From an uncultured Planctomycetaceae bacterium (GTDB taxonomy: Bacteria > Planctomycetota > Planctomycetia > Planctomycetales > Planctomycetaceae), in NCBI GenBank assembly GCA_963813715.1, contig CAWFAK010000008.1, forward strand, positions 224,001 to 288,000: a DNA stretch of 64,000 nt, read 5' to 3'. This document shows, piece after piece, positions 10,434 through 23,208 of this stretch; position 1 is the stretch's first letter, and each line of letters begins with the position of its first letter. Under the pieces are notes generated by a model that saw only the letters and a list, made by a program, of their open reading frames with translations, did not search any database and was not told where the DNA came from. Both the position numbers and the translations under genes were made by a program.

Positions 10434-12643
10434 TCAGAATCCGACGAGTGCATAGCTCGTCGACTGCGACGGCTCGAATCGCTCAATCAGCCGCTGAAAC
10501 GCAAAGGCGCGCGGCGAGCGAAGGATCCGGATCTCAAACGACGGGAAGCGATCCAGCGCCACTTGGACGCCGTCGGCGCCGATCATTTGCGCGGTGCGCT
10601 CGCCGCTCATCCGGGTCGCCTGCCACGAGTGCAGCAGCAGGCCTTTCGCCGCCGAAGTCGGCGCGAGCGAGAATTCCAATCGGCCATTGCGGGCGCGGAC
10701 CGCTTCGACAAACTCGGCTGCGGGGATGACGAAGCGCGGCTGCGGCGAACTCCACTCGGCCACCTGGAATTCGGCGGGATGCTCTGCCGCTGCGTTGACC
10801 GCTCGCGCCGCACGAAAAGTTCGATCTCCGCGCCGCGGCTGCCCGCTTCCTCTAACTTCGCTTGGAACTCGGGCGACAAGCGCACCGTTCCCACGAGCTT
10901 TTCGTCCGGCTGAATGGTGATCCGCTGGTCGAAGGTCGCGAACGCTTTGCCCAAGAATCCGCTGCTTGAGCCGCACAACGCGGCGGCGACCGTGCAGCCC
11001 GCGAACAATCCGACCAACGCCAAACCGCGACCGATCCGCGGCACGCACAATGTCGCAATCAGCAGGGCGACGAGCGCCGGCGCTTGCACGGCCCACAGAC
11101 GTCGCAGGGCGGGCAACTCGGACCAATTGTTCGCATACGGGGCAAGCCGCGTGGGCGGCAGAACCGACGGTCGCGTCTGGTCCTTCGACGGGCCGAAAAA
11201 CCAAGGGCCACGGACCGGACCGCGAAGGACCGTGGGCACTTCCTGCGGCGAGCCGGAGAACCGCGCGAATTTGGTTTGCTCGACCGAGCCCGCCTCGCGG
11301 AATGCGCCGTTGGCGAACGCATTGGCCGGAAAATCCCAACCGACGAGCCCCGCGTAGCCCCACGTTCCTTGCACAATGGCCAGGGCGACCAGCGGCACGG
11401 CAAACGCTTCCGCCCCAAATCGAGCCTCCAACCGCCGACCCGCCTCCACACCGTAATGCGCCACCAGGGCAAAGAGCACCACTGCACCGCAGGCGACCGC
11501 GCAACCGCGATCGCGCGTCGTCGGCAGCAGAATCAACTGCATCAAGATCGGCGCGAGGAAACAAATGCGCAGGAGCCATTTCGAGCGGTGCGAGATCAGG
11601 CCCAGTCCCACCAGGCCGATCACCACCACAACGGGGTTCTCGGCGAAAATCAAATTCCCCAGCTCGATCGTGAGGTAGCCAAGGTAGCCGAGCGGATCGG
11701 CCGCCAAGCGGGACCCGTGCAACTGCAACGCCGTGCCGATCCGAGCAAGTTCGGGATTCGCATCGACAGCGAAGCCCAGTTGCCGCCAGAGCAGCTCCTG
11801 CATCAGCGGCACCAGGCACCACGCCACCGCCGCCATGACCAATGGTCCCGGCTTGCGCTGTTTGAGGGCGAACGCCGCATAGATCACCAAGCCGGTGAGC
11901 GCCGTGGCGTCGACGAGGGACCACAATCCCATCAGCGCGGCCATTCCCAGCGACCCGCGCCATCCAAAGGGCGTGTCGTCGGCGTCCTTCGCGACAAGCA
12001 GCAAGGTCCACAGGAAGCAGAAACTAAGTCCCAGCATCCGCGGGCCGATCTCGCCGACGGACGCAGTCGCCACGATCGACAGGCTGAAGCAGGTAGCCGC
12101 GAAAACCGACTTGGTGCGGTCTCGAAACAGCGCGCCCGTCGCCCGCATCACGAGCCACGCGCACACCCAGCAGAGCACCAAGTTCAACGCAAGGGGCGCG
12201 TAATAAGCGTCGAGCCCGACCGTGAACCAATTCGCGAGCACGGCATAAGCAATTCCGCGGGAAGCGAGTGCAGTTCCCGCGGGACTCGTGCCGTTCTTGA
12301 GTGCGTCAATCTGCCGCAGCGTTTGGACGCCGGGACTCGGATAGAAGTCGCCGCGATAGAGACAGCTGTCGCCGACCGCCGAATTGGCCGCGTGACCCAG
12401 CGGCAGGCTCGCGCGGAGCGCCCCTGAACGGAGACCGCCAAAGCACCACCAGGCTGCTGTACACAATAATCCGATCCAAATCGCGGCCGGCAGCGGATTT
12501 GGCCGGCGCGGCGGTGCGAGCGGTGCTTCGATCGGCGGATCGGCCGCGAGGCGGACCTTGTCGAACAGTGCGCTGATCTGCGGCGATTCCAGGAGCCCCA
12601 GCGCTTCGGCCTTGCGTTTGGCAGGCGTCAACCCGGTCGACAT
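10434..12643 (-). CDS. Large polytopic membrane protein, possibly GT-C-fold glycosyltransferase; C-terminal frameshift near 10800
   Basis: More than 10 hydrophobic segments; directly downstream of DegT aminotransferase; C-terminus continues in the 10434 frame. Confidence 0.65.
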
Positions 12644-12690
12644 GGCACCGCTCGATGATGGCCTTCGCTCGACTCTTCCGCCTCGCCGAC

Positions 12691-13834
12691 CTACGCGGCG
12701 ACCGTCGCTTCACCGTTGGCCGCAAACGCAGCCCGCAGCGCATCCGCCACACGTCCGATGGCCGCGTTGGGAAGCATGGGGCCCATCGGCAGGCTGAGCA
12801 CCTCGCGGGCGGCCAACTCGGCCACCGGCAAATGGCAGTGGTGGTCGGCGTAGACCGGCAGACGATGCACGGGCACGGAATAATAAACGTTCGTCCCGAT
12901 GCCCGCTTGGGCGAGCGCTTTTTGAATCGCGTCTCGATTGCGGCCGATAATGCGGACGGTGAACTGATTGAACACGTGGTCGGCGTACTCTTCCACGAGC
13001 GGCGGCACGACCCCCGCGATATCCGCGAGCAGCCGGCGATAGGTTACAGCTGCCGTTTGCCGCTGGCTGTTCCAGCTTTCGACGTGCGGCAGTTTGACTC
13101 GCAGGACGGCTGCCTGAATCTCATCGAGGCGCGAGTTGTAGCCGATCATCTCGTTGCAATCTCGACGCAGTGATCCGTGGGTGCGAAGCTTGCGGGCCAG
13201 CTCGGCGACATGGTCGTCATTTGTCGCCAAGAGACCGGCATCGCCAAACGCGCCGAGGTTCTTGGTCGGATAAAACGAAAACGCGCCCGCGTGCCCGATG
13301 CTGCCCAGCGGCCGACCACGATAGCGGCCGCCAAAGGCTTGGGCGACGTCTTCCAGCACAGTCAGCCCGTGCCGTCGAGACGAACTCGAGGATCGGATCC
13401 AGATCGGCCGCGTGCCCAAACAAGTGGACAGGGAGGACTGCCTTGGTGCGGGGCGTCAGCGCGGCGGGAATTTGCGACGGATCGATATTGAACGTCCGTG
13501 GCTCGATGTCGACAAAGACCGGCTCCGCTCCGACGAGACTGATCGCCTCGGCCGTCGCGTAGAACGTGAAGGGCGTGGTGATCACTTCGTCGCCGGGCCC
13601 GATCCCCAACGCCCGCAGTCCCAGCACCAGCGCGTCGGTGCCCGAGTTGCACGCGATCGCGTGTTTGACCGAGAGGCTCTCGGCGATTTCGGACTCGAAG
13701 GCCCGCACCTGCGGTCCGAGCACGAACTGCCCCGAGCGAATGACGTCAGAAACGGCCGACTGGATCTCGCCCCAGAGAAGATCGATTTCCGGAAGCAAGT
13801 CGAGCGGCGGGATCTGCGGCGCGAATCCATTCAT
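12691..13834 (-). CDS. DegT/DnrJ/EryC1/StrS family PLP-dependent sugar aminotransferase, frameshift near 13375
   Basis: NSGTDAL, TPFTFYAT, PVHLFG, EDVAQA.G, SFYPTKNLG..GDAG, GYNSRLDE.QAA. Confidence 0.93.
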
Positions 13835-14100
13835 GGCCGGCATCCAGTCCGTCAAACGGACGGCGGCACGGTTCTCAACTGGCCACTCGATCCGAACGGA
13901 GGGCCGGATTATAGGCGGTTCGCGAAAGTTGTGAAGGGAAGCTCAGACCTGGCCGTTCGTATTGACGAACAGCCGACCAAGAGGGTCCGCAGCCCTCGCC
14001 TTCCCCAACACGGCTGAACCCAGGCGGTTCAGCCGTGGCGCCCGACCAAATTGCCCAAGCGATGACGAATCGATCGCGCGGGCCGGAACCAGAAGTTTGC

Positions 14101-14609
14101 CTAGGGTTGCAGCGGCGCCGGCTGCGGAGAGACACCAGCGGGCGTCGAGTAGCTCGCCGGACCGGCCGAGCCGTATCCCGGAGCAGGCGCGGCTGATATT
14201 GGCCTGGCTGGTAAGGCGCTGGCTGATAATTTGAGCTGGGGGCTGGCTGATAGCTCGAGCCGGCCGGAGGCGATTGCGAGTACGCCGGAGCGCTCTGGCT
14301 GTACGGAGCCTGGCTTTGGCTATACGCCGGCGCGGGCTGCGGAGCATAAGCCGCGGCCGGAGCCGGATAGCCCGGAGCATAGACGGGCGCCGGGGCGTAA
14401 GCCGGCGGATAGTAGTACGGCGCAGGCCCGTACGGATAATAGTAATAGGGGTACGGCCGGTAGTAAGGTCCGTAGCCGTAGCCGCCATAGCCCCAGCCAC
14501 CGACAGGAATGCCGATGCCGATACCGACGCGAACGCCGGCCTGGGCTGGAGTCGAGAGAGCGGTTATCGCGAGCGCCACGGTGCTGGCGACCATCAGTTT
14601 GCGGAGCAT
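14101..14609 (-). CDS. Secreted Pro/Tyr/Gly/Gln-rich low-complexity protein, frameshift near 14190
   Basis: Signal peptide MLRKLMVAS...AQA, then GVRVGIGIGIP and YP/YQP repeats; a shifted frame continues APAPGYGSAGPASYSTP to TAG at 14101. Confidence 0.75.
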
Positions 14610-14932
14610 AGAAATCTCCTTTTCTTCCGAAACAGAGCCTGGCCCGACGACGCGGCGGCCCTATTAAACATATCGGCTGTTTTGCAGCAAGAGCGGTTCC
14701 ACCGGGGCGTGAGCGGCATCTTTTGCCGCCGAGTCTCCCGGCCTTGCTCGCGAGCGAGGATGCGTAAGGCTCGACAAGCCCGCGTGAGAATCGCCGACGG
14801 GCAAGCCCGGCAACCGCGTGCCCCTGTCTTCGTTCGACTCGCGGCATCTTGACACATCTACGCGAAACGCCTATTTTCACGCCGCTTGCGAAGCGCGAGT
14901 TTGCCGTTCAGGCAAACAGAAGGATCGTCTCC

Positions 14933-16446
14933 ATGGAGGGGGAATCGAAGCGGACCGTGCTGTTGACGGTTCGCTACGCCGCCGCCGGCATCGGCAGGCA
15001 GGCGCTGAACTTTCTGCTCTTCGCCGTTTGGGCGCACTACCTTTCGCCGAGCGACTTTGGCGTATTGGCCCTGCTGGTGATTAGCGGCACGTTGGTGCTG
15101 CGCTCCGTGGAAACGCCCGTCGGCTACGCGCTGCAGCGTTTTTACTTTCGCCCCGACTACGAAGACCGACGCGACGTTCTGCTGTTTAACCTGACGCTGC
15201 TTCGTGGCGGCCAACGCGCGTGGCGGTGCTGTTCCTCTATTACGGCGTGGGCGCCCTGGTTGCCCGCTGGCTGTTGAAGGACGCCGGCCCTGGCGTCGAC
15301 GGTGCGGCTGCACGGCTTGTGGGTGGCGTTTTCGATTACGACGTCGCTCTCGGGCGTGTTCGTCCTGTTGCTCGAGCGGGCGAGAATCTTCAATGCCGCG
15401 TCGCTCTTGGGAGTCGTCGCGACCGGCGTCGTGTCGATCGCACTCTTGACCACCACGCATTTGGGCGTGAACGCCGTCATCATCGGACAGGCGTCGGGCC
15501 TCGCGTTGCAGACGCTGCATCTGTTTGCCCGTGCTGCGGGGACACCTGCGGCCGACGCTCAACTGGTCGGTGCTTGCGCGAGCCCCTCCGCTTCGGATAC
15601 ACGGCTTTGCCCTCGGGCTATTCCAACATCCTGATCATCGCCGGCGATCGTTACGTGTTGCAGTTCTTGCGGACGATTTACGAAGTCGGTCTTTATTCGT
15701 TCGCCTGCAACATCGGCAACCTGGTGACGCTGGCGATCGGCACGCCGGTGATCGGCGGCGTCTGGCCGACGATCCGCCGCATGGAAGCCAGCCCCGATCG
15801 CCAACGCGCGTTCGTGCGTCAGATGACGACGTTCGTCTGCGCAGCGAGCGTGGCCATGGCCGTGTTTCTGTCCATCTTTAGCGACGGAGGCGATCCGCGT
15901 CCTGGCGTGGGGAAAGCCTGAATTCGCGGCGGCCGCCATCGTCGTGCCGTATCTTGCCTTCTCGCAAGCGCTGCAGGGGCTGGCGGCGTTTACCGAGGCG
16001 GGCATCAGCCTGGGCAATCGGCCGGCGTATATCTCGGGAATCGCCATCACTTGTGCGGCGGCGAACATCGGGCTGAATTTCTTGCTGGTTCCGCGGTACG
16101 GATTGCTGGGGGCCGGCTGGGCGACGCTGACTTCGTTCGTGCTGTGGAATGCTCTGCACGTCTACTTCTCGCGGCGATTTTATCGGATCGCACTTTGACG
16201 TGCGGCGACTCGCTCACGCGGGAGTCGCCGGCGCACTCGTGATCGTCGTCGCGCGGACGATTCCCGGCGATGTGAGCCTGTGGATCGTTTGTCCGCTCAA
16301 AGCGGTGCTGGTGCTGGCTTACCCGGTGCTGCTCATGGCGACCGGCTTCTTGACGCCGGACGAATGGCAGAAGACTGGCTGGCCTGATGCGGGGCGCTCG
16401 CCGCGGCGGGATCAAGTCGATGATGGTCGCGTTGACGCAGCCCTGA
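14933..16446 (+). CDS. Wzx-like polysaccharide flippase, multiply frameshifted
   Basis: YLSPSDFGVLAL, LRFG..ALP......I..GDRYVL....EVGLYSFA, NIGLNFLLVPRYGLLGAGWAT spread over several frames. Confidence 0.82.
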
Positions 16447-16491
16447 CAAGGCTTTGGGTTCGGCCTTGGGTTCGATTGGGAGGGGGGAAAC

Positions 16492-18401
16492 ATGTGCGGC
16501 ATCTGCGGGGTGTACGAATATGCCTCGTCGATGCGCGTCGACGGCCAGCGGCTCGCGCGGATGAACGCCACGATCGCGCACCGCGGCCCCGACGACGACG
16601 GCTTCTTCGTTCGCGATCGCGTCGGCCTGGCGATGCGGCGGCTGCGGATCATCGATCTGGCCGGTGGCAAGCAGCCGATCACGAATGAAGATGAGACCGT
16701 CACCATCGTCTTCAACGGCGAAATCTACAACTATCGCGAGTTGCGTCGCGAGTTGGTCGCCCGCGGTCACCGCTTCCGCACGCAAAGCGACACGGAAGTC
16801 GTCGTGCATGCGTACGAAGAATTCGGCACTGCGCTGCGTCGAGCGGCTCGACGGCATGTTCGCCTTCGCCATCTACGACGAACGAGTGCCCGGAGCCGAC
16901 CGACTGTTCCTCGCGCGCGATCCCTTCGGCAAGAAGCCGCTCTATTACGCCGACCTTGGCCAGACTTTGATTTTCGGCTCGGAGATCAAGCCGATCCTGG
17001 AGGATCCGCGCGTCTCGCGGGAGGTCGATTTCGAGGCGCTCCACCACTACCTGTCGCTGCTCGTCATTCCCGCACCGTGGAGCATTTTTCAATCGATTCG
17101 CAAGTTGCCCGCCGGCCATTGGATGCTCGTCGACCAGGACGGGTCGCAGATCGAACGCTATTGGAGCTGCGAAGCGTAACGAGCGCAAACCGCGTTCCCG
17201 AAGCCGAAGCCATCGACGAAGTCCGCCGCCTGCTGTTTCGCGCTGTTGAGAAGCGGCTCGTGGCTGACGTGCCGTTCGGCGCGTTTTTGAGCGGCGGCCT
17301 CGACTCGAGCCTCGTCGTCGCGATCATGGCGCGGTTGTCGCGGCCAGCCGGTGAAGACCTTGTCGGTTGGCTTCGAGGGGCCGCGTTCGCACAACGAACT
17401 GCCCTTCGCCCGCCGGCTCGCCGAGCATTGCCGGACGGATCACACCGAGCTGATGCTCAAGCCCGACGTCGTGTCGATGGTGCACGACGTCGTCCACTAC
17501 GCCGACGAGCCATTCGGCATCTCCTCCGCGCTGCCCAGCTTGCTCATCGCCCGCGCGGCCCGCGAGCGGTTGACCGTGGTGCTCACGGGCGACGGCGGGG
17601 ACGAGATGTTTGGCGGCTATTCGCATTATCTTTGGGAGCGGTGGGCGACCGCGTTTCGACGACTGCCCCGCGTCGCCGATTCCGTCCTGCTGACCGCGGC
17701 CGGCACTCTGGGCCGACGTGTCGATGGTCGCGCGGGCGCTTTGCGGAGCCGGATCACGCGATTCGTCTCCAATGCCCGCCGACCCGACGTCGCCCGACGC
17801 CTCGGGCTGGGGAAGCGCATTTTCGCACGACGAGAAGATCTCGCTCTATTCGGATGATCTGGCTCATCTGGCCGCGGGCACGACAACCGCCGTCCTGGAA
17901 CGGCACCTCGATCGCTCCCATCATCTCGAGCCGGCCGCCCTGCAGAACCGGCTCGACGTCGAACTGTGGCTGCCGGACGAGATGCTGGCCAAAGTCGATC
18001 GCATGACGATGGGCGCCTCGATCGAGGCGCGTTGCCCGCTCTTGGATCGCGACCTGGCCCGCTTTCTCTTCGGTCTGCCATTCAGCCAAAAGGTTCCCGG
18101 CTCGCGTGGACGGCATCTCAAGCATTTGCTGCGGCGAGTGGCGGCCGATCTGTTGCCGGCCGACTTGCTCGCACGCCCCAAGCAGGGGTTCAACGTTCCG
18201 CTCGACGCCTGGTTTCGCGGCGACGCCGGCGATTTGCTCACCGATGTGCTTAGCCCCGAGCGGATCCGCCGCCGCGGTTGGTTTCGGCCCGAAGCCGTCG
18301 CCGAGTTGGTCTCGGCCCACCGTGCGGGGCAAGCCAAATTTTCAAACCGCCTCTACGCGCTCTTCTCGTTGGAGCTTTGGGCACAGGAGTATCTCTCGTG
18401 A
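16492..18401 (+). CDS. asnB: Asparagine synthase (glutamine-hydrolysing)-type amidotransferase, multiply frameshifted
   Basis: MCGICG, HRGPDD, FNGEIYNY, ARDPFGKKPLYY, FLSGGLDSS, TGDGGDE.FGGY, KVDRMTM..SIEARCP.LD. Confidence 0.9.
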
Positions 18402-19451
18402 AGAAATCTCTCGTCGACTGGCTGCGCTGTCCCAAGTGCAAAAACGCCCCCAGTCAGGGCTTGCTCTCGCTGGTTGAGGGTCAGACGCAAAACGGCTCGG
18501 GCGACGGCGAAATCGAAACCGGTGTGCTCGCTTGCTCGAGTTGCGGCGCCCGGCATCCGATCGTCGGCGGGATTCCGCGGTTCGTACCGGTCGACAACTA
18601 CGCCGACAATTTCGGCTTTCAGTGGAACCGATTTCGCAAGACCCAGCTCGACAGCCACTCCGGTCAGACGATCAGCCGTGACCGCTTCTTGAAGTCGACG
18701 GGCTGGACTCCCCAATCGCTCGCCGGACAAGACGGTGCTCGACATCGGCTGCGGGGCCGGTCGATTTGTCGAGGTGGCGCTCTCGTGCGGCGCGACGGTC
18801 TTCGCGGTCGACTATTCGAACGCGGTCGAGGCCTGCCGGGCGAATTTTCCCGCGCACCCGAATCTGCACGTCATTCAGGCCGATGTTTACGCCCTGCCGT
18901 TGGCGAACGCCTGCTTCGACGCGATTTATTGCCTGGGGGTGCTGCAGCATACGCCTAGTCCGCGCGACGCCTTTCTCTCGCTGCCGCGACATCTCAAATC
19001 GGGAGGGCGGCTGGCGGTTGACGTTTATCAAGGAGGCTGGCGACGGATCGCCCATACAAAATACTGGCTGCGCCCGCTCACCAAGCGCGTGCCGCAGCGG
19101 CGACTGTTTCATGCCGTCGAACGCAGCATCCCGGCGCTTTTGGGGCTGAGCCGGGCGGTGGGCCGCATCCCGGCGGTCGGTCGCCACGTCCGACGACTGC
19201 TGCCGGTGGCGAACTACGAAGGGATGTACGGACTCGACCAAAAACAGCTCCGCGAGTGGGCCGTGCTCGATACGTTCGACATGCTGGCTCCGACTTACGA
19301 CCGACCGCAAACCCCGCGAGCTCTGGCCCAATGGACCCAGCACGCGGGGCTGGAATCGGTCGAAATCGGCCAGTTCGGCCACCTCGTCGCCCGTGGCCGA
19401 AAACCGGTCGGCTCAATCACGCTCAGTCCGCAACGGGCCGTGACTCGCTGA
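18398..19451 (+). CDS. Trm112-like zinc ribbon fused to class I SAM methyltransferase, frameshift near 18730
   Basis: LRCPKC...LACSSC....PIVGGIPRF, FGFQWN.F, VLDIGCGAGRF, GVLQHTP; GTGA overlap with the asnB stop. Confidence 0.88.
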
Positions 19452-19480
19452 TCGGTGCGCATGAGCCCGATACAAACCGA

Positions 19481-21461
19481 TTAAAGCCCCGATGATCGAG
19501 CAACGGGCGGCGTTGCTCGCTGACGTTTTGCCGGCCCGTCCGCGGGAGTCCGCAGTTTGTTCGGGGCTGCCGGCTTGGCATCGTCCACCGGTTTGATTTC
19601 GCAGACCACGCGGAACCCGAGCCCGGCGTCAAATGTCGAGCGCGGGCCGTGAAAGCGGTACGCCGAGGGGATGGCCGGGTTGTTCCAGCCGCCGCCGCGG
19701 CCGATGCCCTGGTCTCCAGACTCGGGCCCTTGAGGATCGTCGACTGGGCTGACCGCGTAATAGCCGTCCGAATACCAGTCTGAGACGACCTCGACCACGT
19801 TGCCGTGCATGTCGAACAGTCCAAATGCATTCGGCGCATAAGAGCCGACCTTGGCGGTTCGTCCCAGCCCCGGCCCGACCTGCTCCTCTCCAACCCGGCC
19901 ATTGAAGTTGGCTTCGTCGACTTTGATCTCGTCGCCGAAGTGAAACAGAGTGGTGGTGCCGGCCCGGCAGGCGTACTCCCATTCAGCCTCGGTCGGCAAG
20001 CGGTAGAGGCGACCGGCCAGCTTCTCCTCCGCGACGTCGCTTAAGCGTCGCAGAAATGACAGATCATCGATCAGCGAAACCGATTCGCACGGCTTTTGCG
20101 GATCGTCGCTAAAACGACTCGGATTGAATCCCGTCACCTTTTCGAATTGTGCCTGGGTCACTTCGTAGACGCCGAAATACAACGGCTTGTTGATCCGCAC
20201 GCGATGCACGGGCCGCGCGTTGTCGGGCAGCCGTGCGTCGTCCGAGCCCATCATGAAATCGCCGGGCGGCACGAGGACCAGTTTCATGCCGATTGAATTG
20301 GTCAGCTCGACCGGCGATTGGAGATAGGCGGACCACTTTTTCTGGCTCTCCTTGGCCGCGACGTCATCAAACGGATTGACCAGCAGCTCCGGTTTGGCGA
20401 CCTTCGGCCCCTTCGGTCGTCCCAGGGCTTTCCGCGGACCGAGCCGCCGGCAGGAGCCGCCGCTGCCGCGTTGCCCGGCGGCAAGACTTCGCCGGAACGT
20501 TGGCATTCGCAACATTGGGAGCGTTGCCCGCGGCCTGGGGATTTGGGGCACCGATTTCTTCGGCGCTGCCCTCCGGTTGCAGTGCGGCCGTCTGCGAGAA
20601 GACCACTTTTTTCCAGGGAAGCCAAAAGGTCACAAGCGCCATCACGACGAAACCGCCGACCAGCACGCTCATCACGCCCAGGTACGTGCGAACGATTTCA
20701 TTGCTCTCGCCGACGATCTTGGTGGGAGGCGGCGTTACGAGCCTGGCGGGCGGCTTCGGCTTGCCGTCCGCTAGCTTTTCGTCGTATTCCTTTCGCAGGT
20801 GCGGCTTGAGCAGGCAGTGTCGGGCCTCTTCGATCTCGTACAGGATCTGATCGGCCAGCTTGGCGTATTCGCCAATGCGGCACTTGCGGATATAGGCGGA
20901 CTGCCGCTCGGCTGCAGTTTCGATCACTTCGTCGGCGTGCTCGGCCGGCGAAATCCGAAGCAGTTGGTAGTGCGTCGGCGGACGCTTCCCTTTCGGAATG
21001 CCGAGCCAGATGTGATAGGGATCGAAATTGGGCGGTACGCGCTCGGTCGTCAGCCAGGATGGTTCATCCGCTCGGCCGCCCGGCGCCGCCTTCGACTCAC
21101 GTGCCGGGGCCAACGGCGGATTGCGCACTGCGGGCGTGTCGGGGCGGGCGGGGAGTTCGTCGGTCGACGGGGCCTTGCTGATCGCGTCGGTTTCCGCCGC
21201 ACTCGGGCCGCTTTCCTGATCCAGCACCTCGACGATCCAATCCCGCGGCGATTCTGAGGGGGAGGATGAATCCTCTGACGCGGTGCCGAAGGATTCGATC
21301 AATCCGGCGATGGTGCGGGCTGGAACGGGCAACGAGTTGGGGTCGCGCTTGATCAGATCTTCCGGACCGATCTCACCGGCGGCCGCGAGCTGTCGCAGTT
21401 GTGACGCGGTGAAGGGGCCATGCTTCTTCCCATCCTTCAAGATGAAGGCTTCACCAGGCAT
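19481..21461 (-). CDS. GYF_2(DUF4339)-J-like-TM-FGE-sulfatase (SUMF1) multidomain protein, frameshift near 20480
   Basis: GKKHGPFT..QLRQLA..G.I (GYF_2); FDPYHIWLGIP..RPPTHYQLL; TM; TNSIGMKLVLVPPG, RLPTEAEWEYACRAG, NAFGLFDMHGNV, GFRVV. Confidence 0.85.
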
Positions 21462-21664
21462 ATTCTCGAAGGGCCCTTTCGCGCAGTGCAGACGCGTCAT
21501 TTCTGTTCGAATCATCGTAATCGCGGCGGTTCGCTGATCCTAGCCGAAATTAGCGAGCGGACGTTGTCATAGTATGCTCGATTGATTCATTCGCGACGCG
21601 CCGCTACGTTGCTTCGCTGGCGCCTCCTCTGGTGATTTCTACCCCGCAATCCTCGAGAACCGAA

Positions 21665-22669
21665 ATGACTTCTTCGCCACAGCTGCCTCTCAACGAATTG
21701 ATCTTCGGTTACTGCAATTCGCAGTGCATTTACGTCGCCGCGAAGCTCGGGATCGCCGATCTGCTGGCCTCCGGGCCCGTGTCGGTCGACGAATTGGCCC
21801 AAAAGACGAACACCCACCGCCCCTCGCTCTTCCGCTTGCTGCGGGCGCTGGCCAGCCTGGGCGTTTTTGCCGAGGAGCCGGGGCAGCGGTTCGCGCTCAC
21901 GCCGGCCGCCGAGCCGCTCCGCCGCGACGTCCCCGGTTCGCAATGGGCGATGGCCGTCATGATGGGCGAAGAGCATTACCGCGTGTGGGGCGAGTTGATG
22001 TACAGCGTGCGCACCGGCAAGATCGCCTTCGACAAGGTCTATGGCCAGCCGGTGTTCGAGTATCTCTCGCAAAACCCGGAACAGGCGGCGATCTTCGATC
22101 AGGCAATGACGGGCGTGCATGGACGTGAAACCTCGGCCACGGCCGACGCCTACGATTTTTCGTCGTTCAAGGCGATCGCCGACATCGGCGGCGGCAACGG
22201 CAGCACGCTCTGCGGCATCCTCAAACGTCATCCGAGGCTCCACGGCACGCTGTTCGACCTTCCCGGCGTGATCGAGCGGGCCGGAGCGTCCGTGGCAGCG
22301 GCGGGGCTGGCCGATCGCGTGCATCTGGTGGCGGGAAGCTTCTTCGAGTCAGTGCCGTCTGGCGTCGACGCGTACGTGTTGCGGCACATCATCCACGACT
22401 GGGACGAGGAAAAGGCGCTGCGCATCCTCGCGAACGTTCGCGAAGCAATCGGCGAAGAGGGACGGCTGCTGGTCGTCGAAAGCGTGATTCCCCCCGGCAA
22501 TGAGCCGTTCTTCGGCAAGCTGCTCGACATCACGATGCTCGTCAGCCCGGGCGGACAGGAACGAACGGCCGACGAATACCGCGATCTCTTCGGCCGCGCC
22601 GGATTCCGGCTGACTCGGATCGTGCCTACGACGACGGAGGTGAGCGTGATCGAGGGGGTACCGGTTTAG
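21665..22669 (+). CDS. O-methyltransferase family 2 (dimerisation domain plus Methyltransf_2)
   Basis: AAKLGIADLL, DIGGGNG, LFDLP.V, GSFF, LRHIIHDW, GG.ERT..EY. Confidence 0.93.
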   Translation: MTSSPQLPLNELIFGYCNSQCIYVAAKLGIADLLASGPVSVDELAQKTNTHRPSLFRLLRALASLGVFAEEPGQRFALTPAAEPLRRDVPGSQWAMAVMMGEEHYRVWGELMYSVRTGKIAFDKVYGQPVFEYLSQNPEQAAIFDQAMTGVHGRETSATADAYDFSSFKAIADIGGGNGSTLCGILKRHPRLHGTLFDLPGVIERAGASVAAAGLADRVHLVAGSFFESVPSGVDAYVLRHIIHDWDEEKALRILANVREAIGEEGRLLVVESVIPPGNEPFFGKLLDITMLVSPGGQERTADEYRDLFGRAGFRLTRIVPTTTEVSVIEGVPV

Positions 22670-22732
22670 GAGGCGCGATCGGCGACAGGGCGGAAGGCTC
22701 TGTCTGCCGTCTGTCTTTCTGACGGGCCGGAC

Positions 22733-22753
22733 GGCAGGCACAACCTGCCCTAC
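22733..22753 (-). repeat. GTAG-type REP-like palindrome (GTAGGGCAGGTTGTGCCTGCC)
   Basis: Minus strand reads GTAG followed by a GGCAGG/CCTGCC stem; related copy at 23209-23225 and a degenerate partner near 22686-22707. Confidence 0.55.
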
Positions 22754-23208
22754 AAGACTCGCAATTCAATCCCGTCCCAATCCCTCTTGTCTCAAAGTGT
22801 CCCGTCCCATCTCAAATCAATCCCGTCCCGATTGCCGGACCGGATTGCCACTCAACGGATCGACACTGACCGGTGGGACTCTCGTCGGTGGGTCCGCCCC
22901 CCTTATATCAATTGTGAGAGACCCGTCCCGGCGGGACCACTTTAGGCGGACCCGGCGGGTCAACTTGTCCCGGCGCGCGGGGATCTTTTTCTCCCCTGTG
23001 CGAAAAAAGGATCCCCACCCCGGCGGGCTCCGGCGGGGATGAATTTCTTGTCACGCCGCGAGGGCGATCAACGCGGAGCGTGAGAGAGGGCCGCGACGGC
23101 GCGGTGAAACGGTCTCAAGTTTCATCCTGTCACACGCGGCCGAACCGTCCAAGATCAGTTTTCTACGCCGCGGCCGCTGCGACCTGCTGGCGACCACAGG
23201 TTCTGCCA

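Noticed and set aside
19481..20320. FGE-domain C-terminus as a diversity-generating retroelement target
   Set aside because: No template repeat and no reverse transcriptase seen in the window.
22766..22829. TCCCGTCCC repeats as a CRISPR array
   Set aside because: Repeats are only 9-13 bp with irregular short spacing, and there are no cas genes.
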